NCBI GenBank assembly: GCA_963674745.2
Contig: CAXXDV010000003.1
Location: 256,001 to 320,000, forward strand
Reading direction: 5' to 3'
DNA from: Desulfosudaceae bacterium
GTDB taxonomy: Bacteria; Desulfobacterota; Desulfobacteria; Desulfobacterales; Desulfosudaceae
DNA length: 64,000 nt
This document shows, piece by piece, positions 37,696 to 47,648 of the stretch (its first letter is position 1; each line of letters opens with the position of its first letter). The translations under genes were made by a program, and so were the position numbers. The notes below the pieces were generated by a model. It saw only the letters and a list, made by a program, of their open reading frames with translations. It did not search any database and had not been told where the DNA came from.

Positions 37696-38913
37696 ATGGA
37701 AAGAAAACTGTTGAAAAAGCTGCACCGGCTTGGGGACATCATGAATAACGAGTCGGAATTTCCGATGACGGTTATCCGGTGGTATCTGGTGCCGCCGGTT
37801 TACAGATGGTATTTCAAGCCGCTTTACAAGGCCATGGCAGCCGTCCTGCCTGAAGCGGAAATCGATTTTTTACTGAAGTTGAAAAATGATCGATTGACCA
37901 AAAAACAGTTGCGGGAACGGGTGGGCGGTCCTGACGAAACCTTTGACGACCTTTTTAATTCCCTGATAACCAGAAAAGCCGTTCTCTGGTCGGAGGCCCG
38001 CCAGGACGGCGAGGAAGTTTTCAGAATAGCGCCCATGATGCTGGGATGGATGGAGTTAAGCTGCTCTGACGGAAACATTACACCGGACAAAGAAGCCTTT
38101 TCCCGTGAACTGACGAAGTTTTTTAATAGAGTAAAACTGATGAATTTTTTCGGGGTGCGTAACGTCATTAACCAGATTTTTTTCGGTCTGGGGCCGATGT
38201 CCGGGATCGCCCGGCTGCCGTTGAAAACAGAGACCGAAGAACAGATCAAGATCCAGGTCGGGCAGTCGCTCGATATCCCCGAAGCCAGGATATACAGTAC
38301 CGGCAGCGTTAATAACCTGATTGAAAAATACGGTAATGACGACCAGATCGCCGTCACCAAGTGCCTCTGCCGCCAGCACTGGGCACTGGAGGGCGAGCCC
38401 TGCCGGTTGGATCTTCCCCTGGAAACCCATTTATGGATTGGGCCGTTTGCCGACCATGTCGTCAAATATGGCTATGGCCGCCGGGTTTCAAAGGAGGAAG
38501 CCTATGAAATAACCAGGACGGTCCGGGACAAAGGGGGAGTGCATGAAATCATGCATACCAGAATGGACGTGAACCAGGAACCCGGGTTGTCTGTCTGTAA
38601 CTGCTGCTGGGACTGCTGCACGGCCCTTGGCAATTACAACCGGGGGCTGACGCCCCTGGCCCTTAAAGCCTATTACCGGGCGGTTATTGCCGATGAAACC
38701 AGATGCACCAACTGTGGTAAATGCGTGGAATTTTGCCCGGTGAGTGCCATGCAGCTCAAAAACGGTCGGCTATGGCATGATCCGGGTTTATGCATCGGTT
38801 GCGGACAGTGCGAATACCAGTGTCCTGAAGATGCGGTCAGCCTGGTGCCGGATGAACGGGTGGTAAAACTGGGTCTTTTGAAAAAATCAAAAAGAAAACC
38901 GGCCTTTCAATAA
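37696..38913 (+). CDS. 4Fe-4S dicluster protein with additional Cys motifs
   Basis: C.CR, CNCCWDCC, CTNCGKCVEFCP, CIGCGQCEYQCP; AAGGAG SD. Confidence 0.85.
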   Translation: MERKLLKKLHRLGDIMNNESEFPMTVIRWYLVPPVYRWYFKPLYKAMAAVLPEAEIDFLLKLKNDRLTKKQLRERVGGPDETFDDLFNSLITRKAVLWSEARQDGEEVFRIAPMMLGWMELSCSDGNITPDKEAFSRELTKFFNRVKLMNFFGVRNVINQIFFGLGPMSGIARLPLKTETEEQIKIQVGQSLDIPEARIYSTGSVNNLIEKYGNDDQIAVTKCLCRQHWALEGEPCRLDLPLETHLWIGPFADHVVKYGYGRRVSKEEAYEITRTVRDKGGVHEIMHTRMDVNQEPGLSVCNCCWDCCTALGNYNRGLTPLALKAYYRAVIADETRCTNCGKCVEFCPVSAMQLKNGRLWHDPGLCIGCGQCEYQCPEDAVSLVPDERVVKLGLLKKSKRKPAFQ

Positions 38914-38971
38914 CCGCTTTTTTACGTCTGTTCAGATCAGTTAACACCCGGGTCGTATTTTTTATCGCCGA

Positions 38972-41089
38972 TTATTCTTCGGGAATAAACGATTTTCCGT
39001 AATCGCACCACACCTTGATGGCAATACTCAGGGGTTGAATCATGGGTACCGTGTAGGTATGGAATTTTTTGGCGTATAAATAAGCCCGGGTTCTGGCGAC
39101 GTGTTGGGAAAACCCCCTCGGGGAGACGATCAACGGTTTTTTGAGGTCTCTTTGCAGATCGAGGAGCCGTTCGGGAAGATATTCGGACAGATAAGGCACC
39201 TGCAGATAAATGGCCGTCATAATAATATCCGTATTGGGGTCTTCATTGATAATCCGCAGGGCTGCCATTAAACGGTTGTCATCACAGTTACCGAACAGGT
39301 CCAACGGGTTGGCTCCGATACCGCTGATGATCCGGGGCTTGTCCTCCGGCCGGGCGGTTTTGATATTGTCCGCCATCAGCTCCTGAAGCGCTTTCTTTGT
39401 CTCGGGCGCGAATTCGGCCAGTTCCATGCACTGTTCGGTCACCCGGTCCGCCAGCAATATCCCGGCGCCGCCCCCGACACTGACCACGGCCACCCGGTTG
39501 CCTCTGGCGGCCGGCTGGGAGCTGAGCATGGAAAGGGTGTTGACCAGGCCTTTGGGGTCTTCGGTCAGTTTTTCGATCAGGTAAAAGCCGGCCTGGCGGC
39601 AGCAGGCCTTGAAAGCCTCGTGGCTTCCGGCCAGGGAGGCGGTATGGGACAGGGTGGCTGCGGCACCGCCGCCCGTGCCGCCCTTGATGACCAGCACCGG
39701 TTTCTTGGCGGTGACTTCTTTGCCGATCTGCATCAGCTTCAGGCCGTTGTCATAACCTTCCATGTATATGGCGATAATTTTTATCCGGGGGTCGTTTCCC
39801 ATGTGGGCCAGAATTTCCGCTACGCCAACACTGCTGGCGTTTCCACAGCTGACCCACTGGCCCAGGTCCAGGTTGTCGGCGGCCAGCATTTCAACCAGTT
39901 CCAGGCCCACGCCGCCGCTCTGGGAGATAATGCCGATGCCGCTGGAGCCCTTGATGACACTGGTGCGATGTTCCGGTATAAACAGGGTGTTGACTTTGGA
40001 AAAATTATCGATGACGCCCATACAGTTGGGGCCGATATAGGCCACGTCATATTTTATGCTCAACTCCAGCAGCCGCTCTTCCAGGTCTTTGCGGCCGATT
40101 TCGGCAAACCCGTCGCTGAAGATAATGGCGCCCCGCCCGCCCGCCTTGCAGAACTGCTCAAAGCTTTTCACCGTGGCTTCGGCGTTAATGGCAAAGACCG
40201 CCAGGTCGGGTGCTTCTGGCAGGGATTCAAAATCAGGATAGCAGGGCAAGCCCTGGACGGATTCCAGCTTGGGGTTGATGGGATAGACCCTGGGAATGCC
40301 GAGGCAATTTTTCAGGATAATGCCGCCCATGGTACCGGGCCGGGAAGCGCCCACGATGGCAACCGATTGGGGGCTAAAAATGGCCTGCAGGCTTTTCATC
40401 TTGGCTTCGGAAAGATCCGTGCTGGAAGGCACGGCAATGGGGTCGTCGACGATGAGCCGGCAATCCACGATGGCATATCCCTGTTCATAAACGATGACGG
40501 GATTTAAGTCCAGTTCGTGAATTTCCGGATGCTCCGCCATAAACCGGGATACATTTATCGCCAGTTCAATAACGGCCTGTTTATCCAGGGCGGGACCGCG
40601 AAAGCCTTCCAGAACGGTACCGGCCATGGTCTGGCACAGCATTTCCTCAACATCTTTTTCGGTCAGGATGCCGATACCGGGCTGGACGTCGGCCCACAGT
40701 TCCACAAACCGGCCGCCATGCCCAATCATGGTTACCGGCCCGAATCCCGGGTCCTGCTTGGCCCCTACCAGAAGTTCAAACCCGGGATCAGCCATTTTCT
40801 GGACCAGGATGCCATCGGGGCGTCCGGCACCAGCCTGTTTTACGTTTTTCAGAAGTTGGTCCAGGGCTTTTTTTAGCGCTTCTTCGGTTTTGAGGTTTAG
40901 AAAAACAACGTCAGCGTCGGTTTTATGAATAATGTCCTTTGATATGGCTTTAACGACGACTGGGTAACCAAGCTCCCCGGCGACTTCCAGAACCTGTTGC
41001 GGATCGTCGGTCATCCGGCCGAGAATGGTGATTCCATGCTCCGCCAGCATTTCAGCGGATTGCGTAAAGTCTAACTGTGTTTTACTCAT
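38972..41089 (-). CDS. ADP-forming acetate/acyl-CoA ligase with ATP-grasp domain first
   Basis: GYPVVVK, HKTD, DPGFGP, ELDLNPV; then SVAIVGAS, IGPNCMG, ISQSGG, SHTASLAG, NPLD. Confidence 0.9.
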   Translation of the reverse strand: MSKTQLDFTQSAEMLAEHGITILGRMTDDPQQVLEVAGELGYPVVVKAISKDIIHKTDADVVFLNLKTEEALKKALDQLLKNVKQAGAGRPDGILVQKMADPGFELLVGAKQDPGFGPVTMIGHGGRFVELWADVQPGIGILTEKDVEEMLCQTMAGTVLEGFRGPALDKQAVIELAINVSRFMAEHPEIHELDLNPVIVYEQGYAIVDCRLIVDDPIAVPSSTDLSEAKMKSLQAIFSPQSVAIVGASRPGTMGGIILKNCLGIPRVYPINPKLESVQGLPCYPDFESLPEAPDLAVFAINAEATVKSFEQFCKAGGRGAIIFSDGFAEIGRKDLEERLLELSIKYDVAYIGPNCMGVIDNFSKVNTLFIPEHRTSVIKGSSGIGIISQSGGVGLELVEMLAADNLDLGQWVSCGNASSVGVAEILAHMGNDPRIKIIAIYMEGYDNGLKLMQIGKEVTAKKPVLVIKGGTGGGAAATLSHTASLAGSHEAFKACCRQAGFYLIEKLTEDPKGLVNTLSMLSSQPAARGNRVAVVSVGGGAGILLADRVTEQCMELAEFAPETKKALQELMADNIKTARPEDKPRIISGIGANPLDLFGNCDDNRLMAALRIINEDPNTDIIMTAIYLQVPYLSEYLPERLLDLQRDLKKPLIVSPRGFSQHVARTRAYLYAKKFHTYTVPMIQPLSIAIKVWCDYGKSFIPEE

Positions 41090-41342
41090 ATCGTTCTTTC
41101 TCCTTGTTCCCTCTCAACCCGGAACAACAATTCCGGTTCAGAATCAGATGAATCATTTTCCCTGACAGAGATCCGCAAAACGGATTCGACCCGGTCATGC
41201 AGCCACATGTTTTTCATCATGTGCGCCATAAAAATCCGTATCGATTGTAGTTTTAATAATCGGATTTATCAATACCCTGCCGGATTCTGTTATAGCTGGT
41301 GTTTCAGGATATCCGATGACATGTATTATGGTGCCGGTATGC

Positions 41343-42386
41343 TCATGGCCGGGGCAGATCCGCAGGTTGTTTGACGGTCATGGCTGTTGTCAGAAGTTCG
41401 GTATAGGTGATATTTCCGGACAGGGTCAGGGCGGTATTGCCCTGTACCCAGCTCAGGGATGAAAAAGGGCCGAAAAAATTCAGGTAGCCGGTATACGCCC
41501 CGATTTTTACCCTGACGCCTGAAGGTTGGCTCCACTGGCCGGCCAGGGCCCGCATCTGGGTCAGGGTGATGTAACGGCCGTTTTTGTGAACCACGACCAT
41601 GGCCATGGGCAGGCAATGCCGGCCTCTGATGATTTTTTTCACTTCCAGCCCCCGGGGAAGGTCGGTCGGCATCAGAAAATCAAAGTTCATTTCTTTTGCG
41701 ATCTCAGCTTTGGGGCTGCCCGGGTCGGTAATGTCAAAATCAAAGACAACCGCGTTGGGCGGCAGGGTAATCTCAAAAAGATCGTCCTCGACGCGGATAT
41801 TGTATTTTATCCGGGTAAATGCCACTTCATACCAGGTATGGTCGGGCCGGTCGAGAATCTGAACACGCAGGGGAACGGAAAATTCTTTGTCCGTCCACGA
41901 GGTATAGGGCAGCAGCCAGGGTTTTTTCTCGGTGGGGCTGGCTTTCCACCCTGTGGCCGGCCGGGCTACCGTCATTTTATCGCCCAGGAATTGAAAATCG
42001 TAATGCCCCCAGAGCCAGGCCACGTCTTCTTCGAGTAATTTTTTATAGTCGGCTTCATCCAGTGGATCAAATCCGGTGACCCGTATGCCGAAAAGCGATT
42101 GGGGCCACCACATGGTCATGGCCCGGCCGTCAAACAAAAACAGCTGACCGGCCAGGGATTTGGGGGCTGTTGTTTCAGCCCGTACCCGCCATGGTTTTTT
42201 ATACCATATCTCGGTGACATTTCCGGGGGCGTCGTTACGCCCGAAATGTTCTTCATATGTGCCATGATAGGATGCTATGGACATGGTGTTGTCGGCAATC
42301 TGGTCGGCGATGACATCGGCCATTATGGTCGAGCAGGAATAAAACGTCATCGCCAGGGATACGGTTATTAACGCTATCTTGTTCAT
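41343..42386 (-). CDS. Exported LolA/MucB(RseB)-like protein with a C-terminal DUF4367-like domain
   Basis: WYKKP...R.E, FDG, W.DKE..VPLR, F..I.YN..V.DDLF....PP.A, then F..PTDLP.G; possible lipoprotein Cys. Confidence 0.7.
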   Translation of the reverse strand: MNKIALITVSLAMTFYSCSTIMADVIADQIADNTMSIASYHGTYEEHFGRNDAPGNVTEIWYKKPWRVRAETTAPKSLAGQLFLFDGRAMTMWWPQSLFGIRVTGFDPLDEADYKKLLEEDVAWLWGHYDFQFLGDKMTVARPATGWKASPTEKKPWLLPYTSWTDKEFSVPLRVQILDRPDHTWYEVAFTRIKYNIRVEDDLFEITLPPNAVVFDFDITDPGSPKAEIAKEMNFDFLMPTDLPRGLEVKKIIRGRHCLPMAMVVVHKNGRYITLTQMRALAGQWSQPSGVRVKIGAYTGYLNFFGPFSSLSWVQGNTALTLSGNITYTELLTTAMTVKQPADLPRP

Positions 42387-42400
42387 TGCGTTCACCTCTC

Positions 42401-44887
42401 TTACCAGAAGATTTTATCGGTTGTGTCAAACATCCATGGCGCGGTTAACAGAAACAGCGCCACTGTGGTTAGAAAAAAAGGATAGATCCATTTTTGCGGA
42501 ACCCCGGCAGGGAAACATAATTTTTCCGCCACCACCATCAGACCGTTGACCGGAAAAAACACAAAGACCCCCCAGGACCAACGGCCGGTGGCAACCCCGG
42601 TCATGGCCGCGGTCATTCCTCCGATCATTGCAAATATCGCCATAACGGCAATCACCGGCCGGTTTCGTCCGTCCAGCGGAATATAGACGTGACGCAACAG
42701 AAAATCACCCAGGGGGATGTCCCAGGCCCGCCATAATCCTGAGGGCGGCAGGGGACCGAAAGGCCTGTACCCAAAGGCATCCGGAAGCTTGTAGCCGGCC
42801 TGGCGCCACAAGGCGTTCGACCAGTCCAGTGCGCCTCTTAACACCAGGTACAGGCACAATAACCGCCCGAATATCAGCAAAACGTGCAAGGCCGTGGTGC
42901 CTGACGCGGTAACGATCCAGCCGGCCAGAAAAAAACCGAGCACCAGTCCGGCCAGCAGCCTGAAAAATCCGGCATAGCCTGACAGCCAATGGCGTGAAAA
43001 ATGTACTTTGGTCGTATCCGGTGAAAAACTGTTCTTGTAGTCCAGGGTGGGGAAAAACAGTATGAATGAGATCACCCGGGCGGTCATCCGGCGCTGAATT
43101 GGATCGACCAGCAGTACATCATAACTTTTGAATAGAAAGATAATCGAGAAAAGCATCAGTAGAAACGACCATTCGCTGTCGGCCGGATGCAGGATCATGG
43201 CGGTCAACACCAGGGGGATGGTGATCAAGCTCGGCAACAAAAGGAACAGGCGGGACCCGGCTGGGGACCATTTTTCGTATGCCACCCGGGCCAAGCGGCC
43301 CGTCAGCCAGGTGCCGATCCAGTAAAACAGTACGAAAACGACCAACACCGGTGCCACCGGCGGATATTTGATCGGCCAGTGGCCGGCGGCGGCATCGGAT
43401 ATCCATCTATATCCCCATATGCCCGCTATCAGCCATATGATGATCGGAATAACAGCGGAAAAAACAGACAACGGACCGGATACCTTTTGCCATAAAAGAT
43501 ACCAGTAATGGAAAAAGATCCAGAGCAGGTTGCCCGCAGGATAGATAAAAGGCATCTTTCCGCCCATCAGGGGAAAAGTCTGTTTTTCTTTGCGGGACAC
43601 CGGCCAGGGTGACCGCGTTTTACCCAGTCGCCTGACCCACATGCGGTAATATGCGCGGTAGGTCAGGTTCATGGCCCAGAAATCCGCATTCTGGGCAAAC
43701 CGGAAATTGGCCGCGTTAAACGAACGGGCCAGGATCGACCGAAAACTGTAGAACCGGTCTAAAAATCGTCGGGCGCCCTGGTAGATTAAATCCTCCGACA
43801 AACCGCCGACATCGGCCATTACGTGGGCACCGTCGTATTTGCGTATATCCCGGGTTATCAGTTTATCCTGGTCTTTTAAGGTTTCATAATCGGGCGTCCC
43901 CGGAAACCAGGTGGCGATATTGGTGGAAGCCAGGAACACACCGGCCTCTTCACAGAAACGATAGGTGTCGTCAAAGGACTGAACGCTTTGCCCGGTCAGG
44001 CCCCACATCAGGCCGGTATGGACAAAAATGCCATGGGACTGGACTTTCCTGATGATGCGGGCATATTCCTCAACCGGGTTGAATCCTTTTTGGGCCTGGG
44101 CCAGTACATTTTTTTCAACCGATTCCATTCCCACAAATACGACTTTGCATTGGCTTCGCTCCAGGTGTTTGAGAAGCTTGTCGTCATCAAGCGAGGCCAG
44201 GGTGGCTTCGCCCATCCATCCCCAGACACCCTTGTTCTCCAGGAGCCGGCAGACCTCGATGATGTAATCCCGGTCGGCCGCGAAATGCAGGTCTACCGCC
44301 TCTACCAGTCCGTGGTCCCAATGGTCAAGCTCTCGCTCGATGGATTCCAGGCTGCGGGTCCTGAAGCCGGGCAGAAAGTGACGGCCGAAACAAAAGGAGC
44401 AACGATGCGGGCATCCCCGCGAAAACTCTATGGGAAAATTCACCCAGTAATATTTACCCGCCTTTTGAAGGTCCCTGCGGGGCAGGTGCTCGCCCCAGTT
44501 TTTAGGCGGTTGCGCCAGCCGATAAACGCCTTTTAAACGACCCTGTTCGGCGTCGGCGATAATCTTTTCTCCCAGTCCTTCGACTTCGCCGACCACCACC
44601 GCGTCAAAATGTTCCAGAGCCCGATCGGTCATGACCGAAGCCGGACCGCCGAGAATAGTGGGTATGCCCAGTTCCCGGAACCGGTCCGCCAGGTAAAGGG
44701 CCCGGGGAAAATTATAGGCCTGGGCGGATATGCCGATCAGGTCGGCGGCAGAAAAATTCACCGGTTCGATATTCTCATCGTTGATTTCAACTTCGGCATA
44801 GCGACCGATTTCGGCTGCCACTGTCGGCAACCGGACCTGGCGGTAGCGGGGAATGGCCAGCGGCATATCAATGAGACGAACGATCAT
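42401..44887 (-). CDS. B12-binding radical SAM enzyme fused to a multi-TM MBOAT-like domain
   Basis: DLIGIS...ILGGP..VVGEVE, SRGCPHRCSFC, GMES, PGT; C-terminal FFPTL, LPDAF..P, LWRAWDIPLGDFLLRHVYIPL; GGAGG SD. Confidence 0.82.
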   Translation of the reverse strand: MIVRLIDMPLAIPRYRQVRLPTVAAEIGRYAEVEINDENIEPVNFSAADLIGISAQAYNFPRALYLADRFRELGIPTILGGPASVMTDRALEHFDAVVVGEVEGLGEKIIADAEQGRLKGVYRLAQPPKNWGEHLPRRDLQKAGKYYWVNFPIEFSRGCPHRCSFCFGRHFLPGFRTRSLESIERELDHWDHGLVEAVDLHFAADRDYIIEVCRLLENKGVWGWMGEATLASLDDDKLLKHLERSQCKVVFVGMESVEKNVLAQAQKGFNPVEEYARIIRKVQSHGIFVHTGLMWGLTGQSVQSFDDTYRFCEEAGVFLASTNIATWFPGTPDYETLKDQDKLITRDIRKYDGAHVMADVGGLSEDLIYQGARRFLDRFYSFRSILARSFNAANFRFAQNADFWAMNLTYRAYYRMWVRRLGKTRSPWPVSRKEKQTFPLMGGKMPFIYPAGNLLWIFFHYWYLLWQKVSGPLSVFSAVIPIIIWLIAGIWGYRWISDAAAGHWPIKYPPVAPVLVVFVLFYWIGTWLTGRLARVAYEKWSPAGSRLFLLLPSLITIPLVLTAMILHPADSEWSFLLMLFSIIFLFKSYDVLLVDPIQRRMTARVISFILFFPTLDYKNSFSPDTTKVHFSRHWLSGYAGFFRLLAGLVLGFFLAGWIVTASGTTALHVLLIFGRLLCLYLVLRGALDWSNALWRQAGYKLPDAFGYRPFGPLPPSGLWRAWDIPLGDFLLRHVYIPLDGRNRPVIAVMAIFAMIGGMTAAMTGVATGRWSWGVFVFFPVNGLMVVAEKLCFPAGVPQKWIYPFFLTTVALFLLTAPWMFDTTDKIFW

Positions 44888-44996
44888 CGGCCCTCCACGG
44901 GGAAAACGAAAGATTCGAAAAACCTGAATTAATATTTTTTATGACATCATTACTATCTGAAAACGATTTTTAAAAAAGACGTGAGTTGTTCCGGCA

Positions 44997-45488
44997 TCAA
45001 AGAAACTGCATGAAGTGACAGAAAAGAAGGATGATTATCGTGATCACGGCGGCAAAAATAAAGATGCCCATCCATCCATCTCTGTCGGCCTTTTTTCGAT
45101 AATCCTTCAATTTGTTTTCCAGCACAGCCAGTTTGTCTTGTGTTTTGTTATCAGCCGGATTTATTTTCAGTTTGGTGATGATTGAATCCAGCCTGGTAGC
45201 GGCCGCGTCAGACACACCAACTTCTTCCATCGATAAACTCGTATGGTTCATATAGGAGAGGCAGGCCAGTCCTTCATCAATCAGCAAACCAGGAAAATCG
45301 GGAAGCGGTCCTCCCGTCAGGATGACAGCCAGTGTTGCTTTATCCGCATGACTGAGCCTGTTGTGGAAATCTTTTAAAGCGGCATTCTGCTTATCCCATT
45401 CATCCGGGTTGACCGCAGAAGATCGGCAGTACTCGCAATAAAAACCCGTCATCGGCGCGCCACAATGAGGACAGACACTATCAGCCAA
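44997..45488 (-). CDS. Hypothetical protein with N-terminal zinc ribbon and C-terminal TM anchor
   Basis: CPHCGAP....CEYC; AGGAG SD before TTG. Confidence 0.7.
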   Translation of the reverse strand: MADSVCPHCGAPMTGFYCEYCRSSAVNPDEWDKQNAALKDFHNRLSHADKATLAVILTGGPLPDFPGLLIDEGLACLSYMNHTSLSMEEVGVSDAAATRLDSIITKLKINPADNKTQDKLAVLENKLKDYRKKADRDGWMGIFIFAAVITIIILLFCHFMQFL

Positions 45489-45704
45489 AAGATTTCTCCT
45501 GTTTCATCGTGTTTTCGGGCAGGAATTTATTCAATCAAATGTTTAAGTATTTTATCATTAATAAGATGAAATTTTCAACCGGGATACGGTCCTCTTCGGG
45601 TTGGCTATCCGCTATTGACCCCCGCCTTCGATATTGGTAAAAGATGATAATCCTTAAGAAATATTATTGACTTATAATTCTGCGCGGAACGGAATAGGGA
45701 CTGG

Positions 45705-47534
45705 ATGTTAAATAAAGAGATAAGAGGCCTTTTCCCAGATAAATATACTTATTGGAAGACGTCCTGGTTTAAAAAGTTGTCCGAGGAACGTAATCGTTTC
45801 CGGTTTAATGTTCTGATTGTCGCTTACCTGATAGCCATTACCATCCCCTGTATTTTGATTGTTCATGATTTTTTCATCGGTCGATCAAACCTGATGATCA
45901 ATTATTTTTCTTCCCTGGCGGCAATGATCGGTCTGCTGGGATACCTGCTGCGCACGGGAGACGTCAAGCGTATGGCGCCCGTCAGTCTGTTGGTTTGTGT
46001 TGTCGGGTTTCATCTTTCCGTGATTTTGCCGGGCGGTCAATCGACATATTTTTTGATGTTTTTTTCATTTCCTCAGCTGGCCTTCCTGCTGGCTGGTGTC
46101 CGCAGGGGGACATTCTGGACGTTCGGTTTTCTGGCAAGTGCCGTATGCCTTTATGCCGGGGTTGTGATCGGCCTTATCCCTTCCTGGCAGGTTGCACTGG
46201 AGCCGGTGCAGATGATCGTGGGCCTGGTGACCTATATCATGCTTTTTGTCATTGCCATGGCCACTGAAAAAATGCACCAGCTATACCTGTCCCGCACGGT
46301 AAAGGGGTTAATTTTTGACAACGAGACCGGGTTGCCTAAAAAGAGAATCCTGGGCCTGACCATCCAACCGGAACGCAGTTACGTGCTGGCAATTATGCGG
46401 ATTGCCAATTTCAGCGAACTGATTTCAATTTTCAGCCAGAACCTTTCCGCCCATGTGGTTCGTTTTGCCGCCCAACGCATAATATCGCTTTCCGAAAATC
46501 GAAAATACGAGGTGTTCCGATTGGACGGAGCTGATTTCGCCTTGTTATTTTCCGTGAAGAGCAAAGATGATGCGCAGGAGGCTTATAAAAAACTGGAAGA
46601 AATTCTGGACCGGATCAGCCCTGTGCCTTTGAAATGGGAATCCCATGATATTTTTCTGGTATACCGTGTGGGGGCCGCCTGGATTACCCCGGACAATCGG
46701 GCCATGGCTTTGAAATACGCGGATGATGCTCTGAAATTAGGCCAGAAGAATAACATCCCGCTGACGGTTTACGATCACATCGATCGGGTTGAAAAGGATC
46801 AGGCAGTTGATTATTATCACGCTTTAGTCGAAAACAAGACCCAAAATACTTTCCGGGCTTTTTATCAACCGATTATCAATAACCGGAGCGGTCGCGTTGA
46901 ATGGCTGGAAAGTCTGATGCGGGTTCAAGTGAACGGCGACCGTTATGATTCTATCCACCCTTACCTGGCAATCGCCCGTTCGACCGGGATCTATCCGGAT
47001 ATCTCTTATTATATTCTGGAAAACGCCGCCAGGGTAATACCCGAAATCGCCTGTGACCTGTCCATCAATATTACGGTGGAGGATATCAATAATCCGGTCT
47101 TTATCCGTCATGCCAGTCAGGTGTGCCGGGCCGTCAGGGACTGTCCCAATACCCTTATTTTTGAAATTCTGGAAAGTGATGAACTCGGCAAAGTGCGGTA
47201 TTGCAAAGATTTTATTGACATGCTTCATCAATACGGATGTAAAGTGGCCATTGATGATTTCGGATCCGGATATTCCAATTTTGTCAATCTTATCAACCTG
47301 GATGTGGATATCGTCAAGATCGACGGGTCACTGATCCGGCAATCCGTTGACAATCCAAAGGCGTTGGCCATTGTTGAAACCATTCATAACCTTTGCGCCC
47401 GTTCGGGCCTGAAAACCGTGGCGGAATTCGTGGAAAGTCAGTCCCTGTTTGATGTGGTCAGGGGCTTAAACATGGATTACTCCCAGGGATATCTGTTCGG
47501 GCAGCCGTCCGGATCAATCGAATCCTATAAATAG
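45705..47534 (+). CDS. Membrane c-di-GMP phosphodiesterase (degenerate GGDEF plus EAL)
   Basis: TM N-terminus, RLDGADF, FYQPI, ESLMR, FEILES, IDDFGSGYSNF, KIDGS, AEFVE, QGYLF. Confidence 0.9.
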   Translation: MLNKEIRGLFPDKYTYWKTSWFKKLSEERNRFRFNVLIVAYLIAITIPCILIVHDFFIGRSNLMINYFSSLAAMIGLLGYLLRTGDVKRMAPVSLLVCVVGFHLSVILPGGQSTYFLMFFSFPQLAFLLAGVRRGTFWTFGFLASAVCLYAGVVIGLIPSWQVALEPVQMIVGLVTYIMLFVIAMATEKMHQLYLSRTVKGLIFDNETGLPKKRILGLTIQPERSYVLAIMRIANFSELISIFSQNLSAHVVRFAAQRIISLSENRKYEVFRLDGADFALLFSVKSKDDAQEAYKKLEEILDRISPVPLKWESHDIFLVYRVGAAWITPDNRAMALKYADDALKLGQKNNIPLTVYDHIDRVEKDQAVDYYHALVENKTQNTFRAFYQPIINNRSGRVEWLESLMRVQVNGDRYDSIHPYLAIARSTGIYPDISYYILENAARVIPEIACDLSINITVEDINNPVFIRHASQVCRAVRDCPNTLIFEILESDELGKVRYCKDFIDMLHQYGCKVAIDDFGSGYSNFVNLINLDVDIVKIDGSLIRQSVDNPKALAIVETIHNLCARSGLKTVAEFVESQSLFDVVRGLNMDYSQGYLFGQPSGSIESYK

Positions 47535-47648
47535 CGTTTTGTTTTGGACATTGCCGCTGCCTCCCGGGAAATTCGAGAAACATCGGGTTGGATATTTATT
47601 CGTGCAATAAGCTATGCGAGTAATTGTTCCTGGAAAACATCTTTTTGA

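Noticed and set aside
41160..41320. ATCCG/CGGAT motifs and a possible sigma54 promoter upstream of the acyl-CoA ligase
   Set aside because: Spacing is inconsistent and the -12 position reads GA rather than GC.
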